The position numbers and the translations under genes are program-made. A DNA stretch of 36,289 nt from Chrysochromulina tobinii (taxonomy: Eukaryota): positions 1 through 36,289 of the forward strand of contig JWZX01003196.1 in assembly GCA_001275005.1 (NCBI GenBank), written 5' to 3'. Numbering within the stretch: position 1 is the stretch's first letter; each line of letters begins with the position of its first letter. The notes under the pieces were generated by a model. That model saw nothing but the letters and a program-made list of their open reading frames with translations, ran no database searches and was not told where the DNA came from. Shown piece by piece: positions 28,068 through 36,289 of the stretch.

Positions 28068-29315
28068 CTAGAGCTCGAGGGCCGAGAGGGGCTCGACAAA
28101 GAGTGGCGAGGCGAGGATCAGAGCCCCGTAGAGCCACGGCCATCCGCGCAGCTGAAGCAACTTCTCGAGAGCGAGTAATGGCGCCTGTAGCACAAAAAAG
28201 GCACACATGGAGCCAACAGCCCAGGGGGGCGCACCTGTTGCGGCGAGCGGCCAGACGTGCGCGAGTCCGGAGGCGACGAAGCAGAGAGCCTTGGCGAGCT
28301 CCGCCGGGAAGCGCGCTCGGCGCACGAGCGGCTTGTACACACCGATGGCCAGTGCCCGTTGCACGGGCACGTTCCACTCGCGCCAGAAGCCCTCGAGCGT
28401 GTCGGAGGCAAAGAGACGCTTCCCCATGATGGATGGCACGTCGAGGCCGTTGGCGAGGACATGGAAGGTACGGACCGTTAAGTCGAAGAGCTCAAAGCCC
28501 GCGAGGACGAATGCCGCGCCGCCGCTCGCCCGGAGCAGCCAGTCGATCCCTGGCAGCGGGGCGAGCCACTCCCTGTGCGCCTTTAGCGTGCCGGCGACGA
28601 TCGCACTGAAGGCCAACCATCCAACCATCGCGCGCAGCAGCCGCTTTGCATGCGCATGCTCGAGACCCTTTGGAATGGCCTTGGTCTGCTCCAGGTCATG
28701 CCACGCCCATGAGCACATCATATAGAGCCGGCGCCCAAAGCCCCATTGCAAGTCGGCGCCCTCCGCGGTGGCGCGCGCCCTCTCTATCTCGCGAATGAGT
28801 TGCCATGCCCTGCCAGTGTACGCCAGGACAGCAGCAGCCTGAGCGGTGCCAGAAATCTTGCCGAGCCCTCGCCTGTTTACAGGCAGCAGCACAATGCCCA
28901 GCATAAGGGCCACCGCGGCCCACGTCAGCAGTTTCAAGAGCCGCACGCTCTTGAAGCCGGTAAATCTTGTCTGTGGGCCGAGCACGAAGATGCACAGCCC
29001 GAGCATGATCAGGTACCAAAGAATCGTTGCGTATGTCTCCCACGCAGAGTGCGCAGCCGGCAAGACGCTGATCAGCGTGAGCGCGAGGCACCATAGAAAT
29101 GGGAGCACCACGGCGGCCACGACGGCGTGCGGAGCCTCAAAGCGGAAATGCACCTCATCATCCGAGGATGTGGCCATTAATGGGCTTGTCGCAGTTGGGC
29201 TCTGTTCAGCCGCAGATAATTCTCGTTGACCTATTGTGGCCAGCGACGCGACTTTGGGCTTCGTGCTCTGTCGAGCGGGCGACTTTGGGCGTCGGGCTTG
29301 ACGCGTCGGGGACAT
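28068..29315 (-). CDS. MBOAT-family O-acyltransferase (wax synthase / sterol acyltransferase-like)
   Basis: Many hydrophobic helices; SDTLEGFWREWNVPV...VYKPL...FVASGLAH carries the conserved Asn and His; likely start MSPTRQ at 29315. Confidence 0.85.
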   Translation of the reverse strand: MSPTRQARRPKSPARQSTKPKVASLATIGQRELSAAEQSPTATSPLMATSSDDEVHFRFEAPHAVVAAVVLPFLWCLALTLISVLPAAHSAWETYATILWYLIMLGLCIFVLGPQTRFTGFKSVRLLKLLTWAAVALMLGIVLLPVNRRGLGKISGTAQAAAVLAYTGRAWQLIREIERARATAEGADLQWGFGRRLYMMCSWAWHDLEQTKAIPKGLEHAHAKRLLRAMVGWLAFSAIVAGTLKAHREWLAPLPGIDWLLRASGGAAFVLAGFELFDLTVRTFHVLANGLDVPSIMGKRLFASDTLEGFWREWNVPVQRALAIGVYKPLVRRARFPAELAKALCFVASGLAHVWPLAATGAPPWAVGSMCAFFVLQAPLLALEKLLQLRGWPWLYGALILASPLFVEPLSALEL

Positions 29316-29402
29316 GCGAAAACAACTGTGCGCGCCTTGCCGCCAACTTCTATACCTGCAAGTGCGGAGCTCCCGATACATTGTAAGCCAGGTCTGTATT
29401 CC

Positions 29403-29475
29403 CCGGGAAAAAAAGACACCGGGGAGCCAGTATACCCCGGTAGTACATGTAATGGTAAAAAGACACCGGGGGGGC
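29403..29475. repeat. Pair of dispersed motifs (reverse complement of those at 14515/14615)
   Basis: ccgggaaaaaaagacaccggggagcc and ggtaaaaagacaccgggggggc. Confidence 0.75.
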
Positions 29476-29695
29476 GCGTTCCCTCTACGGTAGTACAGTT
29501 CTACACATGTGGGGAAACTCGATTACGAACTAAACCAAGAACTAAACAGCACCTAAACAGTCAAATAATGCACATAATGCAACGGTACCAATCGATAAAG
29601 TAGGCCTCTTTACTTAAGCGGGTGGTCGTCGTTTTGGGTGAAGTGTGAATTCGTCGCGAGTCTCGAAAATCTCCGAGATTATTTTCATTTTCGTG

Positions 29696-30770
29696 ATGTG
29701 GTGGCTCTCGGCGACGACGGCAGCCGTTGCGGCCATGTCGCTCACACCACCCGCAGCGCGGGGAGCATGCATACGCACACAAGTGCCACGCGCACGTGCC
29801 TCACGGGAGGGTGCTTGCATGACTCAGGCGGAGCTGCCCCGCAACATCAAGGAGATGGTGAGTCAGCTTCGAGAATCCGCGCAAGCCGCGCTCTCTGCGC
29901 GTGAAAGCCGCATCGCTGTTGAGATGCCGATAGGCTTCGAGCTGGGCGTGGAAGGCGAGCGAGCGAAGCGCAAGGGGAGCGCCCGAGTGCTCACATCAGC
30001 CGACATCGAGCGCGCCAATCGAGAGCTGGCTCGCCTCTTTGTCGGCATGTTCGAAGGCACCGGCCTTGCGCCGCTGGTACTCTTCCCAACGGAGGCCGAA
30101 GCAGCAGCTGCTGCCCGACTCTGGGCCTCACCAGACTTGGAGGCGCGCGTGCGTGCACTGGTGCCACATTCGGGTGTGTCCGCCGAGAGCGCGAAGCTTG
30201 TGGGCGCGGCCCGGGCTCGCGGCAGCGGCGGCGGTGGTGGGCTTCGGCGGCGGCGGGTTTGGAAGCGGCGGGAAAGATTCGGCTAAGAAAGGCAACGCCG
30301 AGGCGCCGCCGCTCACGCGCGTGCCTGCCGCAGCCGAGGTGGTGGTGGTGGTTGCTCCGTACGAGGCGCAGCTGCGCGCTGTGCGCGAGTTTTGCGACGA
30401 GGCGGGCTTGGACAAGCTCGTGGTCCTGCTCAACGCGCGTCTCGAGGATGAGATGGAAAAGACGAGTGCGTCGCGCCTCTTCTTCGCGCACGGGGGCGAA
30501 GGCGGCTTCCAGACTGCGTACACGTTTCTCACGCAACCGCTCGGGCTCAACCCAAGGGAGGCAGAAGGCAAGGATGTCATCAAGGGCGACCCGCTCGTCC
30601 TTTGGCGCAGCTACCCGGGCGAGTGGGTCTTTGCTCGCAAGCCAGCCATCGGACCACCACGCTCCTTGCTGGTGCGCGCCGGCTCCGAGGCCCGGCCGAG
30701 CGTCGGAGAGATGAGGGCTTCCCTCGATGCCGAGCCGTCGGGACTCTTCGACCGATTGCTTGGTGGTTAG
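29696..30770 (+). CDS. DUF1995 domain protein, probably plastid-targeted; +1 frameshift at ~30239-30241
   Basis: Leader MWWLSATTAAVAAMSL; LPRNIKEMVSQLRESAQAAL...IAVEMP...LFPTEAEAAAA; after removing one G: VVVVAP...VVLLNARL...LWRSYPGEW...RPS. Confidence 0.8.
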
Positions 30771-31195
30771 CGGCTTGTTAGTGCGGCCACACGCACGTCG
30801 TGCTGGTAGAAGCTCGTAGTCAACGCTCGCTTGAGCCGTGACCCCAAGGCCAGTGTGTGTTGCCTGTGTTCTAAACCCCGGGTCCGGGGGCGCTGGCAAA
30901 CTTCTCGAGCAAACTTCTTCTCAGCCAATGTTTATAACTCTTCACAGCCAATGTTTAGAAGTCGACACCCAAGACACCGGACCGGCGTACATACGGATGC
31001 GGTTAACACTAGCTCGGGGACCCCTGGACCCCCTATTATCACAGCCATACTCGATCAGCCGCCGGGCCGGGCCGCTGAACGCTTAGCCCCGCCCGGTCGC
31101 CTTCAGCGCGTCCTTGATAAGGCGCATCTTCATCTCGGTGATCTTCTTCCTTCACACGGAGAGCAAGAATGTTTTGTCGCAAACCGTCGGACGTC

Positions 31196-32362
31196 ATGAG
31201 TGCGGCTCGTGCGCCCTCGCTCGCAGCAGAGTCGTTTCTCGGGCGCTTCACGCGCGCGCTCGAGGAATACGACGCTATGCCCACGCTGAAGGACATCGAC
31301 CACGGACTTGCTTGCGCTGCAGACGATGTCGACGAAAACTTTGATGGGTCTCAGCACCCAAGGCTGAGCCTCGCCCAGCTGGCAGAGCAGACGCGCTCGC
31401 ATTTGCTCGCCAAACGTGTCCAGGCATCCGATATGGGCATGGGGCAGTGCCACGAGTGCAGTCCGACGCCAGATAGCAAACTCAGGAGCAGCCAGAAGCG
31501 CGGCGCCTCCACGCCTCGCACTCCGCCTGCGGCGAGCAAGGATGCCTCGACGCTCGCGAGCCCGAGAACGATCGGCGTACCGAAGAAGAAGTCGAGCTCG
31601 TTTGCCTTGGCGCCTCCGCCAGCGTCCAAGGGTGTGCTCAAGACGAGCAACAGCGACGCGTCGCTCAGCACCGATCGGGCAACACCCGCAATGAAGCAAC
31701 TGGCACCTCCAGTGGCGTCCATGATCACGTACGCCTCACGCCTCACGCCGCGCATGAGCGGCCCTGGCCACACCTTTGGCGCCCTGCCGCGCGTGTCGCC
31801 CTCGGGCACGATGGCGCATCACGTGCCTCCGTCGAGTGCGCCGCCGCGGCCGACATCGGCGCGCGCAGCGAGCCGGACGCCAGTCGCGGAGCCACCGACG
31901 CGGCCGACTTCGGCGCGCAGTCAGGCGGGCGCGAGCGTCACCACACGCGCTGCCAGTCAAGCGCCCAGGGACCCGAGCACCGATGCTCGCCCGTTGCCCG
32001 TATTTGGCGCCGACGCCAAGGGCGCGATCGCCTACCGGCCGCCAACGGCCCCGCAGGCAAAGCGGCGGCCCTCGTCCTCGTTTGCATGCATCGAATGCTG
32101 TGGCGAGGAGTTTGACGGCTTCTGCTGCCGGCGGCATCATCCCGACGATGCGGTCGTCTGCTGTGACCGACACGACCCGCTGAAGCATAAGGCGATGGCC
32201 AAGTCGGCCATGGGCGGGCGCGTCGGCGCAGGCAAAGGGCCCGCCCACAGCATGGGCGTGCCCAAGGGCCCGCGCGTCTGCGTCCTCGTGCCAGTCCCCA
32301 TGCCGGGAGCGGCTCGCTCATCCCACGGCGATGGGCGACTTTCGGAAGGCCTCGCGCGGTAG
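31196..32362 (+). CDS. Hypothetical S/P/A-rich protein with C-terminal Cys/His cluster
   Basis: ORF from ATG 31196; CIECCGEEFDGFCCRRHHPDDAVVCCDRHDP at 32087-32179. Confidence 0.6.
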   Translation: MSAARAPSLAAESFLGRFTRALEEYDAMPTLKDIDHGLACAADDVDENFDGSQHPRLSLAQLAEQTRSHLLAKRVQASDMGMGQCHECSPTPDSKLRSSQKRGASTPRTPPAASKDASTLASPRTIGVPKKKSSSFALAPPPASKGVLKTSNSDASLSTDRATPAMKQLAPPVASMITYASRLTPRMSGPGHTFGALPRVSPSGTMAHHVPPSSAPPRPTSARAASRTPVAEPPTRPTSARSQAGASVTTRAASQAPRDPSTDARPLPVFGADAKGAIAYRPPTAPQAKRRPSSSFACIECCGEEFDGFCCRRHHPDDAVVCCDRHDPLKHKAMAKSAMGGRVGAGKGPAHSMGVPKGPRVCVLVPVPMPGAARSSHGDGRLSEGLAR

Positions 32363-33082
32363 CAGCAGGTCGAGCCGCCGTTGCCCGTGTGGTCCGCGGG
32401 GAAGCGCGCGGGGGCGGCGCCGGGCCGGGCCCTCTGATGCTGATGCTGATCCGGATGCGTCTCGAGCGCTTATAGTACCAAGTTTAGCTATGAGAATTAC
32501 TAGAGAATCGCAGCATGAATGTAAACTGCAAACACGAAGGTCAGTTGCACTCTGTTTTAAGCGTGAGCAGTTCAGTATCTTCACTCAGTATGTGACATTT
32601 CGCTATGTGGGATTCGGGTTCACGCGTGATTGGTGATATGCGCGTGCGACGTTATCCCGATCCCGTCGCGTGCGCGTGGTGCGACAGAGCGACACACTTA
32701 ATACGGTCCATACGGCGCCTATCTCAATCGATTTACGCGGATTTCGGTCGTCGCATAAGCCATAACCATTCGTGGTGATTCGAACGATATCCAACACTCG
32801 ATGGAGAACGGCCGAACTTGTCCCGGGCTGTGGCGCTAGTGGGTACATGGGCGAGCGAGACCGGTAGGTCGGACCTCGAGTCGCCTGCGGGAGGCCGGAG
32901 AGACCGCGCGATTCGCGGGAATTCGGGCTAAACCCGCACGTACGTTCTTGTATCTGGCTTCGCCGGGGCGCGGGCTAAGTATCCCGGGTTTGGCGGCCGC
33001 GCCTTCTCCTACGCGAGCCGCGCAAGGGCCGTTAAGGGCCGAGGCTGGAGACTCCTCCGCGCTCGCGGCGCGTGCGCATGGG

Positions 33083-33234
33083 GCTCACGCGTACACGTAG
33101 CTCGAGTAGGAGACACGTAGCTCGAGTAGGAGACACGTAGCTCGAGTAGGAGACACGTAGCTCGAGTAGGAGACACGTAGCTCGAGTAGGAGACACGTAG
33201 CTCGAGTAGGAGACACGTAGCTCACGCGTACACG
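33083..33234. repeat. 20-bp minisatellite x6 bracketed by 15-bp direct repeats
   Basis: (gctcgagtaggagacacgta)x6 exact; gctcacgcgtacacg at 33083-33097 and 33220-33234. Confidence 0.95.
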
Positions 33235-36200
33235 CTGCGCAGCCGATCACGTAGCGGCAGCTCCTGCTCGTGCTCCTCTCCAAGCGCGTGCTCGTCTAGA
33301 AGCGCGTGCTCGTCTCGAAGCGCGCGCTCGTCTAGAAGCGCGTGCTCCTCGAGCTCCTGCTGCTCTTCCATGAGCTCGGCCTGTACCACCTGCCCTTCCT
33401 CGACACTCTCCCTGAAGATGCGGGCGAGGGCCGAGTACACGGAGCCGCTCACGGCGCCGCCCGGCGTCGCCGCATACGCGCTCCATGCCTCGGGCGACGC
33501 CTCGCCGCCATCCGGTGACGTGGCATCCTCGGCGGCAGTGGAGCCGTTGGCGTAGGCAAAGCTGGCCGTCACGTTGCGCAGCCCGGCGCGCGGCGCCGAC
33601 AAGGGCAGTGGTACCTGATGGTGCACGTGCTCGCGCTCCGCCTGCCGCTGCACCGAGGCGCCCGTGGCACTATCGAAGCCCAGGCGCGCGTCCAGCAGGG
33701 CGAGGAAGAAGCCCATCTGCTGGCCGTGCAGCTCCGAGAGCTCCGCCTTGAGCCGGCTCACGGCGGCCGCGACGCTCGTGACGACGCTCGCCGACGGGTC
33801 GTCGCCACCGTCGGCAGCGGAGGTGGCAGTGGAGGCTGCCGCGTCGGGCGGAATGGCGACCGTCTCCTCCGAGAAGACGACGCGCAGCCCCCCCGGCCAC
33901 ACAAGCACCTCCGCATGCTTCAGGTCAGCGGCCGCCGCGAGCCTGACCACCTCGCGATGGTCGAAGGAACGCCCCTCAGCCGCGAGACGCTCGTCGACGA
34001 GACGGATCGTCACCAGCCGCGTGCGCGCATGCCGTTGCCGACCAAAAGTGAGTGCAACGGAGCCCGTAGCGGCCTCGAGAGCCTCGAGCTCCTTGGTCAG
34101 CCGCCGCCGCTTGGCGCGCAATGCCGCCATCGTCTCACGTGCTTCCTCGAGCTCCTCGGGGCGTTCGACAGGAGTGCGGCGCGCGAACGACGCTGGAGCC
34201 GCCCCCGACGCGCGACGAGGCACCGGCGGCGCGCGGGTCGGAGGCTTGGGAGCCCATCCAGCGACCGCGAGCGCCGCCTCGGCCTCGGCGAGACGGCGGC
34301 GGGCTTGGGCCGCTCGGAGGGCGCGCATCTCCGCCCGCTCGGCCTCGCGCTCCTCTCTCTCGCGCAGCCTCGCCGCCGTCGTCGAGGCTCGCGCGCTGCC
34401 AATGGTCGAAGTGCGCGCGCTGCCCGGAGCCCCGTGAGGGTGAGAGAGGATGGGCAAGCCTGCACAGGAGAGGGTCCCTTGGTGGGAGCAGCGTGAGGCT
34501 GGCACCGCGGCGGCGCCCGCGCCGGCGCCTGCCCTGCTGCTGCCGGCAGGGCCTCTGGGCGGCGGCGCACGCCTCGCGCCGCCCTGGGCTCCACTCTGGC
34601 CGGGGCGTCGGCGTGCGCTCAGCGGCGCGCTGAACTGGCCATTCTTGACAATCTTGCAGCGCACAGTGAGCAGCCCGTCGTCAGCGTCGTTGAGGCGATC
34701 TCGCTCGAGGAGATCGGGCTCCGCGGGCGCCGCGCCGGGCGCTTTCCCCGACGCCAAGTCGGGTGACGCGTCCTCGGGCAGATCGAGATCTCGCTCGAGA
34801 TCTCGCTCGAGATCTCGCGCCTCGCTCCGCAGATCGGGCGCGTGCTCCGCGCCGGTTTCGTCACTGTCCTCCTCGTCCCACTCGGCGCGCGTCAAGGGAG
34901 TGCTCGGTACAGCGCGACCGGAGGGCGTGCGCGCGCTCAGCTCGGCGCGCTCGCTCTCGCGTGCCGAGTCACGCGCCGTCAAGAACCCGCTGCACGACGA
35001 GTCGCGGGCGGTGAGGCAGCCGCTGCGCGCCGAGTTGGGCATGCGAGGAGCGAGAGCCGGCTGAGCAAAGGCATCCTCTGCTAGTACGCCGAGTCCGCGG
35101 GCCGCGAGCGGCAGCGGCGCGACCGCGCGGCCGCGCGGCACCGGCGGCGCGTTGTACGTGTCCAGGTACGCGCCGGGCGGTGGGAGCTCGAGTTTGGGTG
35201 GGATGCCACGTGGCTGGAGAGGCGGGCGCGAGGACGACGAGGTGTCCTGGTAGGCGCCCGGCGGAGGCAGCTGCAGCATCGGTGGCGTCACGCGCAGGTT
35301 CGGGGGGTGACGGCGCGCCGAGCTGGGCGCCGAGCCGGGGTTGGCGCCGAGCTGGGCGCCGAGCTGGGCGCCGAGCTGGGCGCCGCCGCCGCCCTTTGGG
35401 AGATCCGTTTGAGTGTCCTCAGGCGCCGGCTCACTCGCGCTGTCGAGATAGCCGCGCAGCAGGCGGGCGCGCTCACCCTCGACTGGCGGCGTCGTGTTGG
35501 GCGGCGGCGGCGGCAGCTTCGGCCCTGCTGCGGGCACGCCGCCGTAGGGGGCTGACGACGGAGGCCCGAATGGACGTGGCGCCGAGCTGGGCGCGTCCAG
35601 GCCGAGCTTCAAGTGCGCGCTTTGGGCGCGGAGGACGTAAGATGAGAGGCAGCCGAGGGCCTCTTTGCATAGGAGAGTGAGGCAGCCGAAGGCGAGGGCG
35701 AGGGCGGCGAGGGCGGTGAGGCCGCCGGTACCGCCCAACGCGCGTGCCGCTGCTGTGAACGCTGCCGTGAGCGCGTCCATCATCATGCCGGCGTGGTCGT
35801 GGGCGCCAGCCAGAGCTGCCCCTAGCGTGGGCGGTAAGGACGGCGGCGGCGAGGGCGAGGGCGGCGGCGGCGGCGGCGGCGAGGGCGAGGGCGGCGGCGG
35901 CGGCGGTGGCGAGGGAGGCGGCGGCGGCGGTGACGAGGGCGGTGGTGGAGGCGGTGGCGGTGGCGGCGAGGGCGGCGGCGATGATGGCGGCGGCGGCGGT
36001 GGCGAGGGCAAGGGCGGCGGTGGCGTTAAGGGCGGTGGCGACAGTGGCGGCGGTGGCATCCTGGGCGGCGGCGGTGATGACGGCGTCGGCGGTAGCGAGG
36101 GTGGCGGCAGCGGGGCAGGCGAGGGCGAGGGCAGCGGCGGCGGTGGTGGCGGCCCGGGCGGCAGTGGTGATGGCGGCGGTGGTGGTCGACAGGGGGGAGG

Positions 36201-36289
36201 ACGCGCTGGCGGCGGTGGAGACGGCGGCTTCGGCGGCGACGGTGGCGATGGAGGTAGCGACGGTGGCGGGGGCGAGTAGCCGTTTGGAG
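33222..36289 (-). CDS. 5'-truncated single-pass membrane protein with extensin-like Ser-Pro(n) stalk and long low-complexity C-terminal region
   Basis: The frame of ORF 33222..36059 stays open to the window end (PNGYSPPPPSLPPSPP...); hydrophobic segment GLTALAALALAFGCLTLLC; coiled-coil and acidic repeats near the C-terminus. Confidence 0.75.
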   Translation of the reverse strand, partial: PNGYSPPPPSLPPSPPSPPKPPSPPPPARPPPCRPPPPPSPLPPGPPPPPPLPSPSPAPLPPPSLPPTPSSPPPPRMPPPPLSPPPLTPPPPLPSPPPPPPSSPPPSPPPPPPPPPPSSPPPPPPSPPPPPPPSPSPPPPPPPSPSPPPSLPPTLGAALAGAHDHAGMMMDALTAAFTAAARALGGTGGLTALAALALAFGCLTLLCKEALGCLSSYVLRAQSAHLKLGLDAPSSAPRPFGPPSSAPYGGVPAAGPKLPPPPPNTTPPVEGERARLLRGYLDSASEPAPEDTQTDLPKGGGGAQLGAQLGAQLGANPGSAPSSARRHPPNLRVTPPMLQLPPPGAYQDTSSSSRPPLQPRGIPPKLELPPPGAYLDTYNAPPVPRGRAVAPLPLAARGLGVLAEDAFAQPALAPRMPNSARSGCLTARDSSCSGFLTARDSARESERAELSARTPSGRAVPSTPLTRAEWDEEDSDETGAEHAPDLRSEARDLERDLERDLDLPEDASPDLASGKAPGAAPAEPDLLERDRLNDADDGLLTVRCKIVKNGQFSAPLSARRRPGQSGAQGGARRAPPPRGPAGSSRAGAGAGAAAVPASRCSHQGTLSCAGLPILSHPHGAPGSARTSTIGSARASTTAARLREREEREAERAEMRALRAAQARRRLAEAEAALAVAGWAPKPPTRAPPVPRRASGAAPASFARRTPVERPEELEEARETMAALRAKRRRLTKELEALEAATGSVALTFGRQRHARTRLVTIRLVDERLAAEGRSFDHREVVRLAAAADLKHAEVLVWPGGLRVVFSEETVAIPPDAAASTATSAADGGDDPSASVVTSVAAAVSRLKAELSELHGQQMGFFLALLDARLGFDSATGASVQRQAEREHVHHQVPLPLSAPRAGLRNVTASFAYANGSTAAEDATSPDGGEASPEAWSAYAATPGGAVSGSVYSALARIFRESVEEGQVVQAELMEEQQELEEHALLDERALRDEHALLDEHALGEEHEQELPLRDRLRSVYA

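Noticed and set aside
33093..33223. CRISPR-like array
   Set aside because: Units are contiguous with no unique spacers, there are no cas genes, and the context is eukaryotic.
35665..36279. Gly-rich 204-aa ORF on the + strand
   Set aside because: Antisense shadow of the poly-Pro coding region.

Overview
Gene-dense, GC-rich eukaryotic nuclear DNA with short GT-AG introns and N-terminal signal peptides on likely plastid proteins. It is most consistent with an alga bearing a secondary plastid, probably a haptophyte (inference, not determined). About 18 protein-coding loci are recognisable: a Uso1/p115-head + F-box/FBXO7-like chimeric ORF, a coiled-coil protein, a TIR/HET-like domain protein, DRG2 GTPase, a CS-domain protein, a KMO-like FAD monooxygenase, a DUF1917+CCCH protein, a MAP10-like protein, snapin, a DUF179+transglutaminase-like fusion, SAE1, an IQ/PDZ/repeat protein, a coiled-coil+Cys4 protein, an MBOAT acyltransferase, a DUF1995 protein, a Cys-cluster protein and a 5'-truncated Pro-rich membrane protein. 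Four or five single-base frameshifts, mostly in short homopolymers, split otherwise good genes and are probably assembly errors. Intergenic DNA has several minisatellites and a dispersed ~25-bp motif present as two pairs. I found no rRNA, tRNA, CRISPR or transposase. Family calls come from recalled motif similarity, not database searches. No multi-gene system is convincingly supported; the best leads are unusual domain fusions and the TIR/HET-like protein.
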